DNA of 64,000 nucleotides from Bugula neritina (taxonomy: Eukaryota; Animalia; Bryozoa), in NCBI GenBank assembly GCA_964035545.1, contig OZ037768.1:9890741-9954740 (forward strand), given 5' to 3'. The notes beneath the pieces are model-generated. The model saw only the letters and a program-made list of their open reading frames with translations, was not told where the DNA came from and did no database searches. The translations under genes were made by a program, and so were the position numbers. Below are positions 28,901 to 41,800 of this stretch, in pieces. Numbering within the stretch: position 1 is the first letter of the stretch; each line of letters begins with the position of its first letter.

Positions 28901-31900
28901 TCTTGCAAATTGGAATCTAGCTCTGTTTTAACAAAAAATTACTCGATTGTGTGTAAATAGTAAAACCTGTTGATTTGCTGTAAGTTTATCAACTTTGGTA
29001 AACTGGGACTAGAAAAAGTTCTAGTAGACTGTACAATAATGATAAAGTTTACTTACTAGTTTTCAAGAAAATGTTAAAGTCTGATGATAAATAATGTGTA
29101 GCTCAATTGGGGAAGGCAACCACTAAGTTAAGGCTACTTAATCTGAAGTTTTAAGCCATAAGTTTGAGTTTATCTGCGGAAAATCATAACTGATGGTTCT
29201 TGAATACCTCAACAAAAATGTACCGAATTGTCTACAAGTGGTGGTAGCTTCAAAGTTATATGAATTGTGTTAAGCAATTCAAACCATCAGCAAGCATACT
29301 TGTGATTTCCAGTTATTGGGAATCGCTCAAAACTCAAACTTTCAATTGACACTATAATTTCAAGTTTTTCCGTGAGTTTGCTAACTTACTAATTAAGTTA
29401 TCAAACTTACATAACTCATAACTAATATAACTATAACAAACTCATTATAACAGGTGGTTGGTCAGAAAATGTTTCATCAGATCGAGTTATGACTCATGTA
29501 TATAATAATCCCACTAATAGATTCATTTGTGCAGAGATAACACAACTGGCCATTTTGAAAAATATGTTCTGTGTAGTTCAAAAATTGTCTGTTGGTGGTA
29601 AAATGTCTTTCTAATACTTAGGATGAAAAACTAATTCATCAGCACCATGATTTGTCTAAATTACTGTGAAATACACATTGATTCTATACAATAAAACAAG
29701 TGTTAGTTTCGCAGTGCAACTCTAATTGGCATCTAAATAATCTGGAGTGATCTTAGTTCATGTTAAAATTAGCCTAGTTTGGACTAAGGCTGAGCTCGCC
29801 TATCAAAACTGATTTCAATCATTTTGGTCTAGTAAAGTTATGAGAAAATGTATTGTGGTAGATATGCTTGTGACACTCATATAACAAACATATTATTCAA
29901 CAATATATGTCTTTTTTATAGTTTTCTTTATTGCTTTCAACTCTGCCAGTTTAGTGTTTCCAGCTTTCTTGGCTACCATTACAACTATTGAAAGTATATT
30001 TTACCCCTGCAATACTAAAGTGTGTACTTTGGTTTGAGTAGATAAAGGCAACACCACACCATAACAAGATATATTTTTGCAATGTTATTTCTTCCTAATC
30101 GTTTGAATACGCATGTATAATTTGAATCATGTATATGATGATTCTTCCAGTCAGTACCCACACCAGAGATATTGGGCATATCCTGGACTTTGTTACAAGG
30201 TTGACCAAACTACGAGTGAGTATTTATCAACATGTGACATTATTTGGTAGCCTTTTGTTGCTAGTGTTCAATTTTCATTGTATTCAAAAGTTATAAAACT
30301 ATGAAAGTTTGCATTCAAGCATCTTTCTATATGTTTTTATTGTGCACAGTTAAAGATAAGTTTATATTTCTCACATAGACTGCTACTCTGTAGGTGATAG
30401 GCACAGATAAGCTGGTGGGAACCAGTAACATCAACATGAACAATCTAGTATACAGTTTGGCCATGTTTAAAAACATCCAGTATCTGGAGGTTAGTTGATA
30501 CATCATAATATACTGCCATAGTCTGTTTTTATTAGATACAAGTACAAGCATGTGTCATGGTGCAATAATTTATTCTTCTGCCCACTTATATGTCAAGTTG
30601 TGGGCGTAACTGTGGAGTGTTTATTTATGCTGCAGTGGTATTTCATTGAAGTTATTTCTATCAATTTTTTAGTTGGTGAAATGTAATGTTAAACGAATCA
30701 ATGGACTTGATCATATTAGAAAGAATGTCAGAAAATTGAAATTAAGGAAGACCCTCACAAGTATTCAGGTAAGGTGTAACAAGAGCTCATTGCTTGCGTA
30801 ACAAAAGCTCATTGCCTGTGTAAGAAGATCTCATTGCCTGTGTAAGAAGATCTCATTGCCTACTGCATTCTAAAAAGTTGTATATGATAGGTAGTATTTG
30901 GCATTGTAGACTGTAAAGGGTTAAGCATGAAAGGCTATGCTATTTTTATGCACAATGACTTTCTTATAGTTATCAACTCTGTACTAGGTATGCTCTTTTC
31001 AGTAATCATTGGTTTATATAGAAATAGTTTCTAAATGACTCTACAGCTGTGTGCCAAAGTTATGTTTATGGCAGAAGTCAACGCATGTAATTGGATATGA
31101 AATCTTTTATTTATTTATAACTTTTATCTAAACTAACAAGAGTTTAGTTAGAATCTGACGGCTTTTAGAATATAACTTTAAAAGAATTTATGCTATGGCT
31201 TGTCATAGTAAGTATATTACCGTCAGTTACTGATCTGCTAACTATATGTGAGAGTGTCACTCTAACCTCTGCTGTTCTAATGATTCTAGTTGGTATTGCA
31301 GGAGTTTCTAACTCACAGTGTTATTTATTGGGAAGATGATGAGGCCGAAGAAGGTGAAGCATCTCGGCCTAATATTGCCTGGCCTCAGCTGACTTGGGTG
31401 GACATGAGTGAGAACAGCATAACAGAGTTACCAGAGGCTATGGTAAGTGTATCTACAGTACAGTATATCTACAATACAGTGTATCTACAGTACAGTATAT
31501 CTACAATACAGTATATCTACACTGCAGTATATCTACAGTGCAGTATATCTACAGTACAGTATATCTACACTGCAGTATATCTACAGTGCAGTATATCTAC
31601 AGTACAGTATATCTACAATACAGTATATCTACAATACAGTATATCTACAGTACAGTATACCTACAGTACAGTATCTAGTTGCTAGTTATACAGTTTTATA
31701 ATTTTTTATCATAAAGGCAGTGGTAGTAATACTTATATACATGATGTTATATGCTTGTTAATTCAAAATATTTCACCTCACTGGGCAAGCATCTCCTGAT
31801 TAGCTTTGTTTAGTAAGCGTGCTGCTTTGTAGTTATATTCACAGTAGCGTATTTTTAGTACATCAATTAGCCTAGGGCCACACGGTGCGTAGCAAAGGTG

Positions 31901-34900
31901 TCCACTGTAGCGTCAGTGATGAGTGATAAATAAAGCTTTCATTTTTAAATCGCACTCGCTTTCAATAAAACGCAATTTACTGGAATGTAGCACTAAAATA
32001 AAGAAATTGGGCTCGCTGAATAACTACCAGCCAATTAGGTGACGACGACAGAGACGGTTCGCACTTGCGTTGAAAATGCTGAGCGACAAGTGCGAAGGTT
32101 TTCTCAACGCGCACAGTGGACACCTTTGCTACTTTGTAAATACGCACCGTGTGGCCCTAGGCTTACTGAAATGCCCATGACAGTTTGACCGTCAGTTCTA
32201 CTGCAACATTGTGCTGTTATAGAGATGCCTGGAGAAGATGGAGTATTTAGATTTGCATGACAACTACTTGGAGTCAATAGTGAACCTAGACAGCGTCAGC
32301 TGTCTCACACACCTTGACGTCTCTATAAATAGAATAGCATGCTTAGATAATCTTCACCTTAAACTGGGTAGGTTATGTGTAGTATCATGATATAGCTCTG
32401 CAGTACAGTAATACACATTGTAGTGAAGTAATACACCACGTAGTACAGTAATACACCACGTAGTACAGTAATACACCACGTAGTACAGTAATACATCATG
32501 AAGTACGTAGTTTACTACATAGATCAACAGGATTTTATGATCATAGTTACTGTAGCGCAAATCAGTATCGTATTACAGTATTATTTTGTTTGTCAAATTC
32601 CCTTCAGTAATGTTTTTGTTGACGTTGTGTCGTCACGGTGATTACTCTATAATGATCTACCAGTATTGTGTTTTGATTTACATGCAGGTAATATAAAGAG
32701 TATCAACTTGTCCAGTAACAAACTGGAGACTTTAGAAGCCTTTAGTAAGCTCTATTCCCTGGAGTATTTGGATGTTAGCAATAACCAAATCTCACAGGTA
32801 ATGGTCTCTCCTCAGCTTTCTGACAATCACACAATTTTACCCAAATTATATTATATAATGTTTTTAATGGCATCCAAAGCTGTGATAGGCTATGGTAGAA
32901 TTTAATATACCGGAGCTTTAATTAATACTTTATATAAAGATTGTGCAGGGTACTTGATTTAGTGATTGACATTGGCTTACGTTCATTTTATGAATTATAT
33001 TTAAGTAATACTTTTGCATCAGATGTCGGTGCACTGGCTTGTTTGTTGCTTTCCAAGTCACTGACATTGAATATAGCAGACAATGTTATGACAGGGAAGA
33101 GGGTTGCTGTGTTAGGTATATATTCATAGTAAATACTTATTATATTCTGAATGTATCCAGCATTATGCAATGAATTTTGTAGGTGATAGAGCTGAATTGC
33201 TTAGGTGCTTTACCTCTGCTAGAAAGTCTGATCATAGCGGGCAACCCTGTTACTGTTATCCCTGACTATCGAATTCAGGTTCTCAAGATTTTCAGCAGTC
33301 GTGCTAAAGAGGTAGGCAGATTATAAGCTTCTACAAAACTATTTCTCTTTGCCCTGTGTAGCTTTATCTGTCTTTTTTCTACTGTTTGTTGTGTTTAATA
33401 GGTCACACTCGACAATAAGAAAGGTACAGAGAAGGAGCTGGACACAGTGGCAGTGTTGTTAGCTCTAGACACGGCCAAGCAGCCAGCTAATGCTAAATCT
33501 CCGGTACTGTTTGTATACAGACTTGTTTTACTGTAGCTGCACTTATATATGTTAAAAATAGAGTGGTTGAAATAATGTATGTTTGGTTTTATGCTGCCAC
33601 ATTGGTCATAGCTAGACTTACACTGCATTTCCAATTGAATTAACCACAACCATAAGCCTATGCAAACCACAACCACAAATTCATTGTACAAGCATCTATT
33701 TGCATAATGTGAAGTAATGGAAGCGCAGTGTTATTGTATTGGAGAGATAAACTCCCATTAGAACTTCGTTAGATGGAAAAGCTTGTGTCTGTTAAATAAC
33801 ATGAATTGCAGTTTTTGTCTTCACATCCTTTTTTAATGTTTCACAGTGCGTCCGAGACAGCTAATAGTTAAGACAACTCTGTATTAGTAGTTTATAGGAT
33901 TGATAGGCTAAGTTTTTGCTGTGTACACAGGGGGTGGCAGCTCAGCCAACCTCCTCCACAAATGCAGCATCTGCCTTGGAATCTGCAGCTACTGGAGATT
34001 CAAAGGAGAAGCAGAAAGGGCATGAGTTGAATACCCCTGCATTGGAGGAGAAGCTGCAGGTGCTAAAAGTGAGAGTAGACAGTGGAAACAGTGATGGTGT
34101 AACACAGGTGCCTATAATATGCTGTAGTATATTTAGTATGTATTATAGTATATACTATATACTATATACTATATAGTATATACTATATAGTATATACTAT
34201 ATACTATGTTTACTTAGCTGTCTACCGCCTGTAAGATATTCAATTCCTTGACTTACCTTTCATCAAAACCTAAACAAATCAGTTGGAATAAAAATATCAA
34301 CTTGTTAAAATAAGTACCAGGTGATAAGTATAATTTAAATATAGCATCTGATAGTTTTTCAGCTTTATGATAATTCATTACTATAGTGTTATGAGTTTCT
34401 GCAACTAGAATCGTTTATTTTGCAAAACTGCTGGTAATTAAAGGCCTGTCAAATTTAGTCAGCTATAACCAATATACAATAATAGAGTGACCAATGATTA
34501 AAAGGCTAACTGGCATTAACTGGATTAAAAGGCATCATTACCCAGGCTAACTGCCATTGAGCACAAAGGTTATTTATTACTAGCTAAATGAGCCCAAACC
34601 ACATCATGTTGGTCTCCGCTATTTTATAAACACTATATAGGCTGTACGGTTAACGACTGTTTTAACAAGGGTAGAATTGTTCTCTCATTCATCTAATGAA
34701 AGCCCTGATACTAATGCAAGATAAATACAAATGTAGAACATACAATGCAATAAACACTTTATTCATTGGAATTATATAGACATAATTTCAATAAACTATT
34801 AATTTTGATACACTGTTAATGTATAGATTGTGTAGATTTAGGAAAACATGCTGAGGAGTTGTATTAACTTGTTGCTTTTAGAGACAGACAACTGCTTCAC

Positions 34901-37900
34901 GATTTGACTCGCCATTCAATTCTCCGACTCGATCTTCTGCAGAAAGCGAGCAACAGTTTCACAGTCTGTCATCTTCACCAGAGGGTGCCGAAAGAAATGG
35001 TCTAGTAGCAGATAAATCTGCTGCAGATAGCCATACAGCTGATAATCTGGTTGCAGATGAATCTGTTGCAGATAGTCATACAGCTGATAATCTCGCAGCA
35101 GATAAATCTGTTGCAGATAACCCTACAGCTGATAATATGGTGGCAGATAAATCTGTTGCAGATAACCATATTGCTGAGAATCTGGTAGCCAATATTTCTG
35201 CGACTCACTGCAGGTTTGTATAGATGAATTATACCCATTATTATTGAAGTTATTCAAGTAGTTGTGTGGTTGAATCCCTTCTGACTCATCACTCATGGTG
35301 CACCAAAATGCTCATCTAATGTAAAATATTGGAAAGCATTTGTCGGCCATTTTTGGACAGAGCTTTGGAGCCCAAATGAAATTGAATAATTAGACTGTAA
35401 AATTCAGCTGCTTGTGGAAGTTGTTTTTACTTATTTATATTTAAAAGTATATTATGCAAAACTGATTTGGCATATAATATAAATATTGCTTAGAATTACT
35501 GGTTTCTACAATTATTTTCTAGAAACTAACTTTGTTTTGCAATCACTATGATAATGAAAAATTATCAATGTTGTAAGGAATATTGACTATTTTTCATGAA
35601 TTTAGTTTCTTTTATGTACAGAACACCACCAGATGGCGCCGCCAACATAGAATCTGAAGATACAACAATTGCCGGTGATTTGTCTTCGAACACAGCTGAG
35701 GATAATGATGGAGGAAGTGAAATATCTTCACCCTCAGCCACTTTCTCTGTGAACAGTGATGACGGGGAATCAAATGCTGAGTGAGTATTCCTTATAACAA
35801 TACTGAGAATATTTGGTATACGGATCTGTAGATACAACTGTATGTGCCTTTTATGTAAAAACAACAAACAAACCCTAGTGTACACCAGTATACCTTGTAA
35901 AATTTGGATGTTCAAACTACTTCCAAGAAATTAACTTCAACTGTTTTAAGCTTCACCATAGATCATCTTTTATAGTGTTTTTGTATTATTGTTTTTCTTA
36001 CCTTTGTTTAGATCTCTGGTAATTGATGATAATTTGGCCAACTCAAGCATGCCTCTAGTGACTGCTCAGGTGAGACAGGTTAAGTCAGTGTATAATACAT
36101 GTGGCAAACATAACCAGTGCTAAGCAAACTATTTATGTGTTACATGCTGAAATATACATGTTAAGTATTTACTCTTCACCGAATTTGAAGACCTTGCATA
36201 TTTATTTTTGGTTTGTTTTTATTTTACTTATTGTCATCTACTGCAGTTGTGATGATGAATTGGTAAGTTAATTGTATATATCTGTGATGGCATGCTTTAG
36301 AGTTTGGGCAATCCGACATTAGGCAATACTTTGCAGTGTTGCCGGTATTCTATTATTTTGAAATTTAATTTTAGATAGTGTTAGATCTGATTTAATCACA
36401 CAATCATATGCAGTTTTTGCATTTAAGAAATCTTAAGTTGACATTTTGTTGATTCAGGGTAATTGTTATAGTAGAACATTAAACTTAGTTGTTTACCAAA
36501 TGTTTAAAGGATGCCGAGGATCAAAAAGAGGGATTTGTGCCCCCATCCACTCCTGTAAATATTAGTATTGATGTTGTCGATCACCTTGGACAGTGTCTAG
36601 CTAATGTTCCAAACACATTGAAGGTAGTTATTTTGTGAAATACATGCATTGTTTAATTTATGGAGAATTTTTTTGTAGTTTTCTAGTAGATGAAATAATT
36701 TGTATCTCTTGCAAGGTATGGTGGTAATTTTTATGATAATAGTTGCTAAAATCACGTTTTACCACTTTTATTAGTACTAAATTTAAAATGTGATTAGCCC
36801 GATTCGACTTGCTTTATATTTTTCTATTTATTTTTGGTATTAAATTTGATTATTAAACTGCCAATATTATAATTATAATTATATAACTATAAGCGATGTC
36901 CAATAGGTGTAACTAATGTTGGATTGGGTTATCCTTTATAATTTTATACTGCATAATGTATTTCTAACCAGTTTATTATTTACATAGTACTCATAGCAAG
37001 TGTTGGTTGAGCTTACAAGAAATTTTCTGTCTTAACTCTAATAATAATTGTTTCTCTAGCCTGGAGATCGATTGGACAAGTTGATTAAGATGGATGGAGA
37101 AGAACTTCTGAACCTGTTCTACCACCAGTCTGTGATTGGCCGGATAGGCAACAGCAAGGAGGAGCTGTGCCACGTTATGTGGACCAGTTTGGTTACATAC
37201 GAGAACCCCGGCACTGAGCAGCCCTGCCTCGTGTTGCTAAGCAACCAAGCTACATACTTTGTGCAAGCCAGCGAAGATGAGGAGCTGTATAAAACTAGAA
37301 GCATCGGTCATGAGAGCTTAAAGGAAGTGTGCGTTGGTCCTAGACAGCAGTCTGTAAGGCTGGGTGGAGAATGTACCAACAATTATTACTGTTGTATAAC
37401 TCGAGACCCTCAGCTAGTTCATGTGTTTGTAACTCGCATCGCCTTCATAGTAGATACAGATTTCGCTAAGCCGAAGTGTGAAGCAGACAGCGCCAGTTCC
37501 GATGAGGAAAGCATTTATGACAAGAAGAGCTCTGAACCAGCTCACCCTTCCGGCGTCAAGTTTATACAGAGGGATGACAACTCTATTGACGAGATAAAAT
37601 TCTTTCTCATCAATGAATGTGGAGCTGACCTCAGCCGGTTAGATTTTGTTGAAAAGTATTTCATTCACTTGTCAACACCTGAAGGCCTCAGCCCCTGCAC
37701 TGCATCTCTTACTAGCGACGCTCTGTATTTTGTGCAGGAATCTTATGCCACTATACCGCTGCCGGAATGTGCCTTAGAGCCAGCTGCCTGCCAAGAATAT
37801 TATCTCAAACATACTGTTAAATTATCTGACATTACAGACTTAGCATTTCATCCCAAGTCACTCCAAGTAGAAATCAGAGTAAAGGAAGAAAATAGGTTTC

Positions 37901-37965
37901 TTCACTTTGGCTCCTTAACAATTGCTGAACTGTTTCATGATAGATTAATTTCTATATCTCCGTAA
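25959..37965 (+). CDS. NISCH: Nischarin (PX domain + LRRs + C-terminal region), multi-exon
   Basis: ATG at 25959. PX domain NYTIEVHIGSFHWQVSHRYSEFYEL...LLPPKKAFGN...FIQKRRAGLERYLQ, followed by DPLQLYAITERH, DIGHILDF, VGTSNINMN, then LRRs (HLKLGNIKSINLSSNKLETLEAFSKLYSLEYLDVSNNQI, GNPVTVIPDYR) and LDNKKGTEKELDTVAVLLAL. About 19 exons; the last is 37060-37965. Confidence 0.92.
30780..30862. repeat. 22-bp minisatellite (GTAAGAAGATCTCATTGCCTGT), ~4 copies
   Basis: Tandem copies directly after a Nischarin splice donor. Confidence 0.8.
31447..31677. repeat. 16-bp minisatellite (CAGTATATCTACAGTA), ~14 copies
   Basis: Tandem copies start right at the GTAAGT donor. They explain the spurious ORF 31447-31701 and the tail of ORF 31290-31685. 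Confidence 0.92.
31870..32162. mobile_element. MITE, PIF/Harbinger (Tourist)-like
   Basis: TIR GCCTAGGGCCACACGGTGCGTA...TACGCACCGTGTGGCCCTAGGC, with an inner inverted block AGCAAAGGTGTCCACTGT / ACAGTGGACACCTTTGCT. TTA TSD on both sides. Confidence 0.85.
32398..32500. repeat. 20-bp minisatellite (GTAGTACAGTAATACACCAC), ~5 copies
   Basis: Tandem copies about 30 bp after a Nischarin donor. Confidence 0.85.
35002..35196 (+). repeat. Coding 15-bp/45-bp repeat in a Nischarin exon (xxAD[K/E/S/N] pentapeptides)
   Basis: Exon 34882-35212 translates in frame as LVADK SAADS HTADN LVADE SVADS HTADN LAADK SVADN PTADN MVADK SVADN HIAEN LVANI. Splice phases match both flanking exons. Confidence 0.85.
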
Positions 37966-38330
37966 GCACTACTAACTTATTTGACTCACTTATAGCGACA
38001 ACTTGATGTTTGAATGAGAGACCCACTCTCGGTGCACTTTATAATTTATACTGTATTTCCAACCAGCCTATTATTTACGTAGTACATTTTGCATATAGAC
38101 ACATTCTATGAAATATTGAAGTTTATAATGTCCTGTTGAATATAGCAGTGTTTAACACTAAATTGTTCTCAGTTTTGTGTTACTCTTGTTAGCAAGTCTG
38201 AATGTATTTTTATGATGATAGAGTTGGTACTGCACTGTCACAATTGGAAACTCACCAGTGCGAGATAAAATTGGGAGTTTTGTTAAATCAGCTTTTAGCC
38301 AATATGCTAATTCATGCATAAAATACTCTC

Positions 38331-38782
38331 TGTATTGGTATGCCACCCAGAAGTATTGGCAGGCAGCCAATCATTAAAGCTTTCAAGCTTCAAAAGCTTT
38401 CACCAAAGCTACTATTAGCTGGCAGAGCTAGTTCATTCACTGTACTGCATGAGTCAGTGTATCATGATCAAACCGCCATATTTACACACTTTGTATGAAC
38501 AAACTATCGGTTTCGGTATTGTGATGGCTAAGATTTTTATCCACGCATCAATATTGTAAGTTTATTAGAATTACAATAGTTCATGTCAATTTTTTTGGTT
38601 CTGTAATATTCATAGTGTTCCTCTGAATTTTGATTTATATTGTGACTACTTATTTATACAATTTCTAATGTTTCCCATTTTATAGGGTACGATTTGACAG
38701 TTAATAAACTCGAAAACCTGTTGCCAAGTTGGCTAGTAGTTAAAGCATATCTTGCAACCAGACACAAACACAAACCGATACA
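38331..38782 (+). repeat. 5' LTR
   Basis: TGTATTGGT...ACCGATACA termini (8/9 inverted repeat), AATAAA near 38703, duplicated at 44058-44509. Confidence 0.95.
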
Positions 38783-38804
38783 GTACCAATATTGCTGAGG
38801 CGAC

Positions 38805-41800
38805 ATGGACCGACAGGACATAGTTAATCTCAAGAAGCAACGTACTACTCTGAGGTCTAAGGTAACAATGCTAACTAATCTCATAGAATCAGCAATCTCT
38901 AGTAGCAACTCTACACAAGTGGAATGCCTGCGATCTCAGCTTGAATCTACATATCAAGAGTTTCTAACTATCCATTATGACTTTTTGGAATACGTTTCAT
39001 CAGATGAATCTATGGAAGACATTGCTTATGTTAATAAGATGAGTCCAGTAGAGTACTATCAAGCTGTAAAGGCTAGTTATGACAAAGCTATTTCTGACTG
39101 TAATACTTGGCATAGCAAATTCTATAAAATCAAGCACAGCCTTATTTTAGCAATTAAGAAAGCCAATGGATTAGTTGCTGATTGTACTGACAATACTCTT
39201 ATCACTGAACATCATAGGAAATGTGTAGCTCTTTCAGAAAGTTTGGCAGATACCATAGGTTTTTCTGATTTATTATTAGAACTAGATGAAGTTATTTTAT
39301 CTTTAGATTATTGTATGTCTAAGTTTACTCTTATGTCAAAGGCTCAGTCACAGAACATGAATTTCGAACACCGTGAATCTGATCCGTCCGTAGTCCGGTC
39401 CGGTCTTGCGGAGAGTGGTGTGGGTGGGGAGTCACCTTCAGACGGCGCGAGTCATGCACCGACTATGGTCGCGTCGAGTCGGTTGTTTTCTTCTAGATCA
39501 CACCCTAGCACACATGAGGCTACTCTTGCACCAAATCCAGGTGTCACAGCAAGCGGTAGTGATAGGCAGGTACTATGGGAAGATCACACATCCGGTGAAG
39601 CTTTGGCGTCAAATCCAGGTGTCATAGCAAGTACCAATGTCAGAGATGTTCGTTCTTCTACATTCTCAGTACGTGATCTACATGGTAGTACTGATCGTGC
39701 AGCTCATTCTGAATTTTTGATTCGCGGCGCAACTTCCTCGGTTGTCAATGCATATGATAGCTACCCTAATGGAACTAGTCAAATAAGTTATGACTCTAGA
39801 CATACAGGTGGAAATAACTTCAATTCATCTATACATAAAACTCATTCACAACCCAATCCATTTAACGGCACTAGATACCATTGGCCGGAATTTAGGTCAG
39901 TGTGGCTAAGGTATGCCACTATGTTTTACGATGATGTCGATAGGGCTTGTGAATTAAAAAAATTTCTCACAGGCGAAGCTCTGGAGATGGTTCAGCCAAT
40001 CTTTGCAACTCAGCCTCAAGCTTATGAGAGAATGATGTGTAGATTAGAAGAGGTCTACAATGATCCTAGCATGAGTGTGCAAGCAGTCTTCAACAATCTA
40101 CAAGAACTAAAGCCAGTAAAAGAAGGCGATGCACGAGAACTCGTCAAAATGGCCAATGCAGTAGAAAGTTCGTACAGCCAACTCGGTGAAGTGGGACTGT
40201 TGCAAACTGTTATGCTGCCACAGGTCGATACTCTTGCAAACCTATTACCTACAAGCATTAGACGGGACTGGGATAGACACTTTCACATACTTACTCACGA
40301 GGAGAGAATCAAGCCATTCCCACACCTCATGAGGTTTCTAGAGCAAGAACGGCAGATAGCCCTCAGACGCATAGAAACCGTAAACCCGCAGTCCTCCAGT
40401 ATGCATAAACAGAAGGTGAAAGCGTTCCACACTGAAAGCAGTGGCCCAAAGTCTAGTAGTAACAGGTCTACTAATAATAGCAAAACCATTGATAGTGAGA
40501 ATTACTGTTTTATTCATCGCAGTGAGCGTCATTGTCTTGTTGAGTGCAGAAATTTCTTGGCGTTGTCTGTAGATGAAAGATACAAGTTAATAAAAACTAA
40601 TTCTCTATGTGCTAGGTGCTTGGGTGCCCATAAGCCCAAGTGCTGTCCAAATTTCCGAACCCCTTGTTCAGTCTGTGATAAAACAACCCACCATGTATTA
40701 TTGTGCATCAAATCAGCTGAAACTAATACACATACCAATTGTAATACCAACAAGAATAAAGCAAGAGCTGATCAAATTAAGCACAAGAGTAACGAGAATT
40801 CTGAAGCGTCTGCTGTTAGCACCACGGTCCGTGTGTCTCCCAATCATGGAGCGCACAATCATCCAGGAAATGCTACAGTATTTGCCATTCAGCAGGCCCA
40901 AGTAGTGGGTACATCTCATACAGCTATTATATTCTTTGACGGCGGATCCAATGCTTCATTCATATCGGAGAGAGCCGCTAAAGCGTGGGGTGCGCGACAG
41001 ATAGATAAGGTGAATTTGGAAATGAACACACTTGGTGAACATGAAGTTAGCGAAACTTCTACTATTTATGAAGTAAAGTTACAAACTCCAAAGGGAAGGA
41101 CCTTTTCGATTTTAGCTTACAGCCTTCGGAAACTCACAGGGGCTATCAACAGGCCACTTGATGCAAACATCCTCAAATCTCTCTTCCCGAAAGTAGATAC
41201 TCACAAGCTATTGAAGAAGACGGGACCCATCGACCTGCTAATTGGTAACGATCTTCTTGGATTGCATCCAAAACACCAAGTTGATCAAGCAGGACCTCAC
41301 CTCTATGTATATTCCGGACCCTTTGGACTGTGTGTGCAGGGATCACACCCTACCCTTAGCAACTTTTCTACACTTCCATCCTCATCTTTTCATGTACAGG
41401 CTACCATGGCGCATGAGAAGTTAGAGGAAGTTGAATTCACTCAAAGCATACACAACGACACGCTCAACAGTTGTGATTTTGAATTGTCTACAGTTTCTAC
41501 GCCAACTTACAGTGTCAATAGTCTCGACGCATCTCCCAGTCAGTTTGCAAAGTCATTTTCAAGACCTCAGACTATTATAAATTATGGTGAATCACATACT
41601 ATAGCCACTGAATGTGGTATGATTGAGTCAGCCGATGATTCCGACCCTTTACAGAGCCCGGGAGACCCAGACACTGAGTCTGCAGGACAAATCGGTTCTG
41701 GACAGTTGAACAGATCTTTAGAAGTCAATGACTCTATGTCCATGTCTGTAGAGATTAAAAGAAAGTATGAATTTACTAGCAGTACCTCTATCACACAATC

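Noticed and set aside
29095-29260. Additional SINE starting TAGCTCAATTGG
   Set aside because: There is an A-box-like start, but the B box is unrecognisable and there is no TSD. Too weak to call.
31447-31701. Tyr/Ser/Gln-rich ORFs or a CRISPR-like array
   Set aside because: Head-to-tail 16-bp minisatellite without unique spacers, in a eukaryotic intron.
35002-35238. Minus-strand Cys/Ile repeat ORF
   Set aside because: It is the antisense shadow of the in-frame Nischarin pentapeptide exon.
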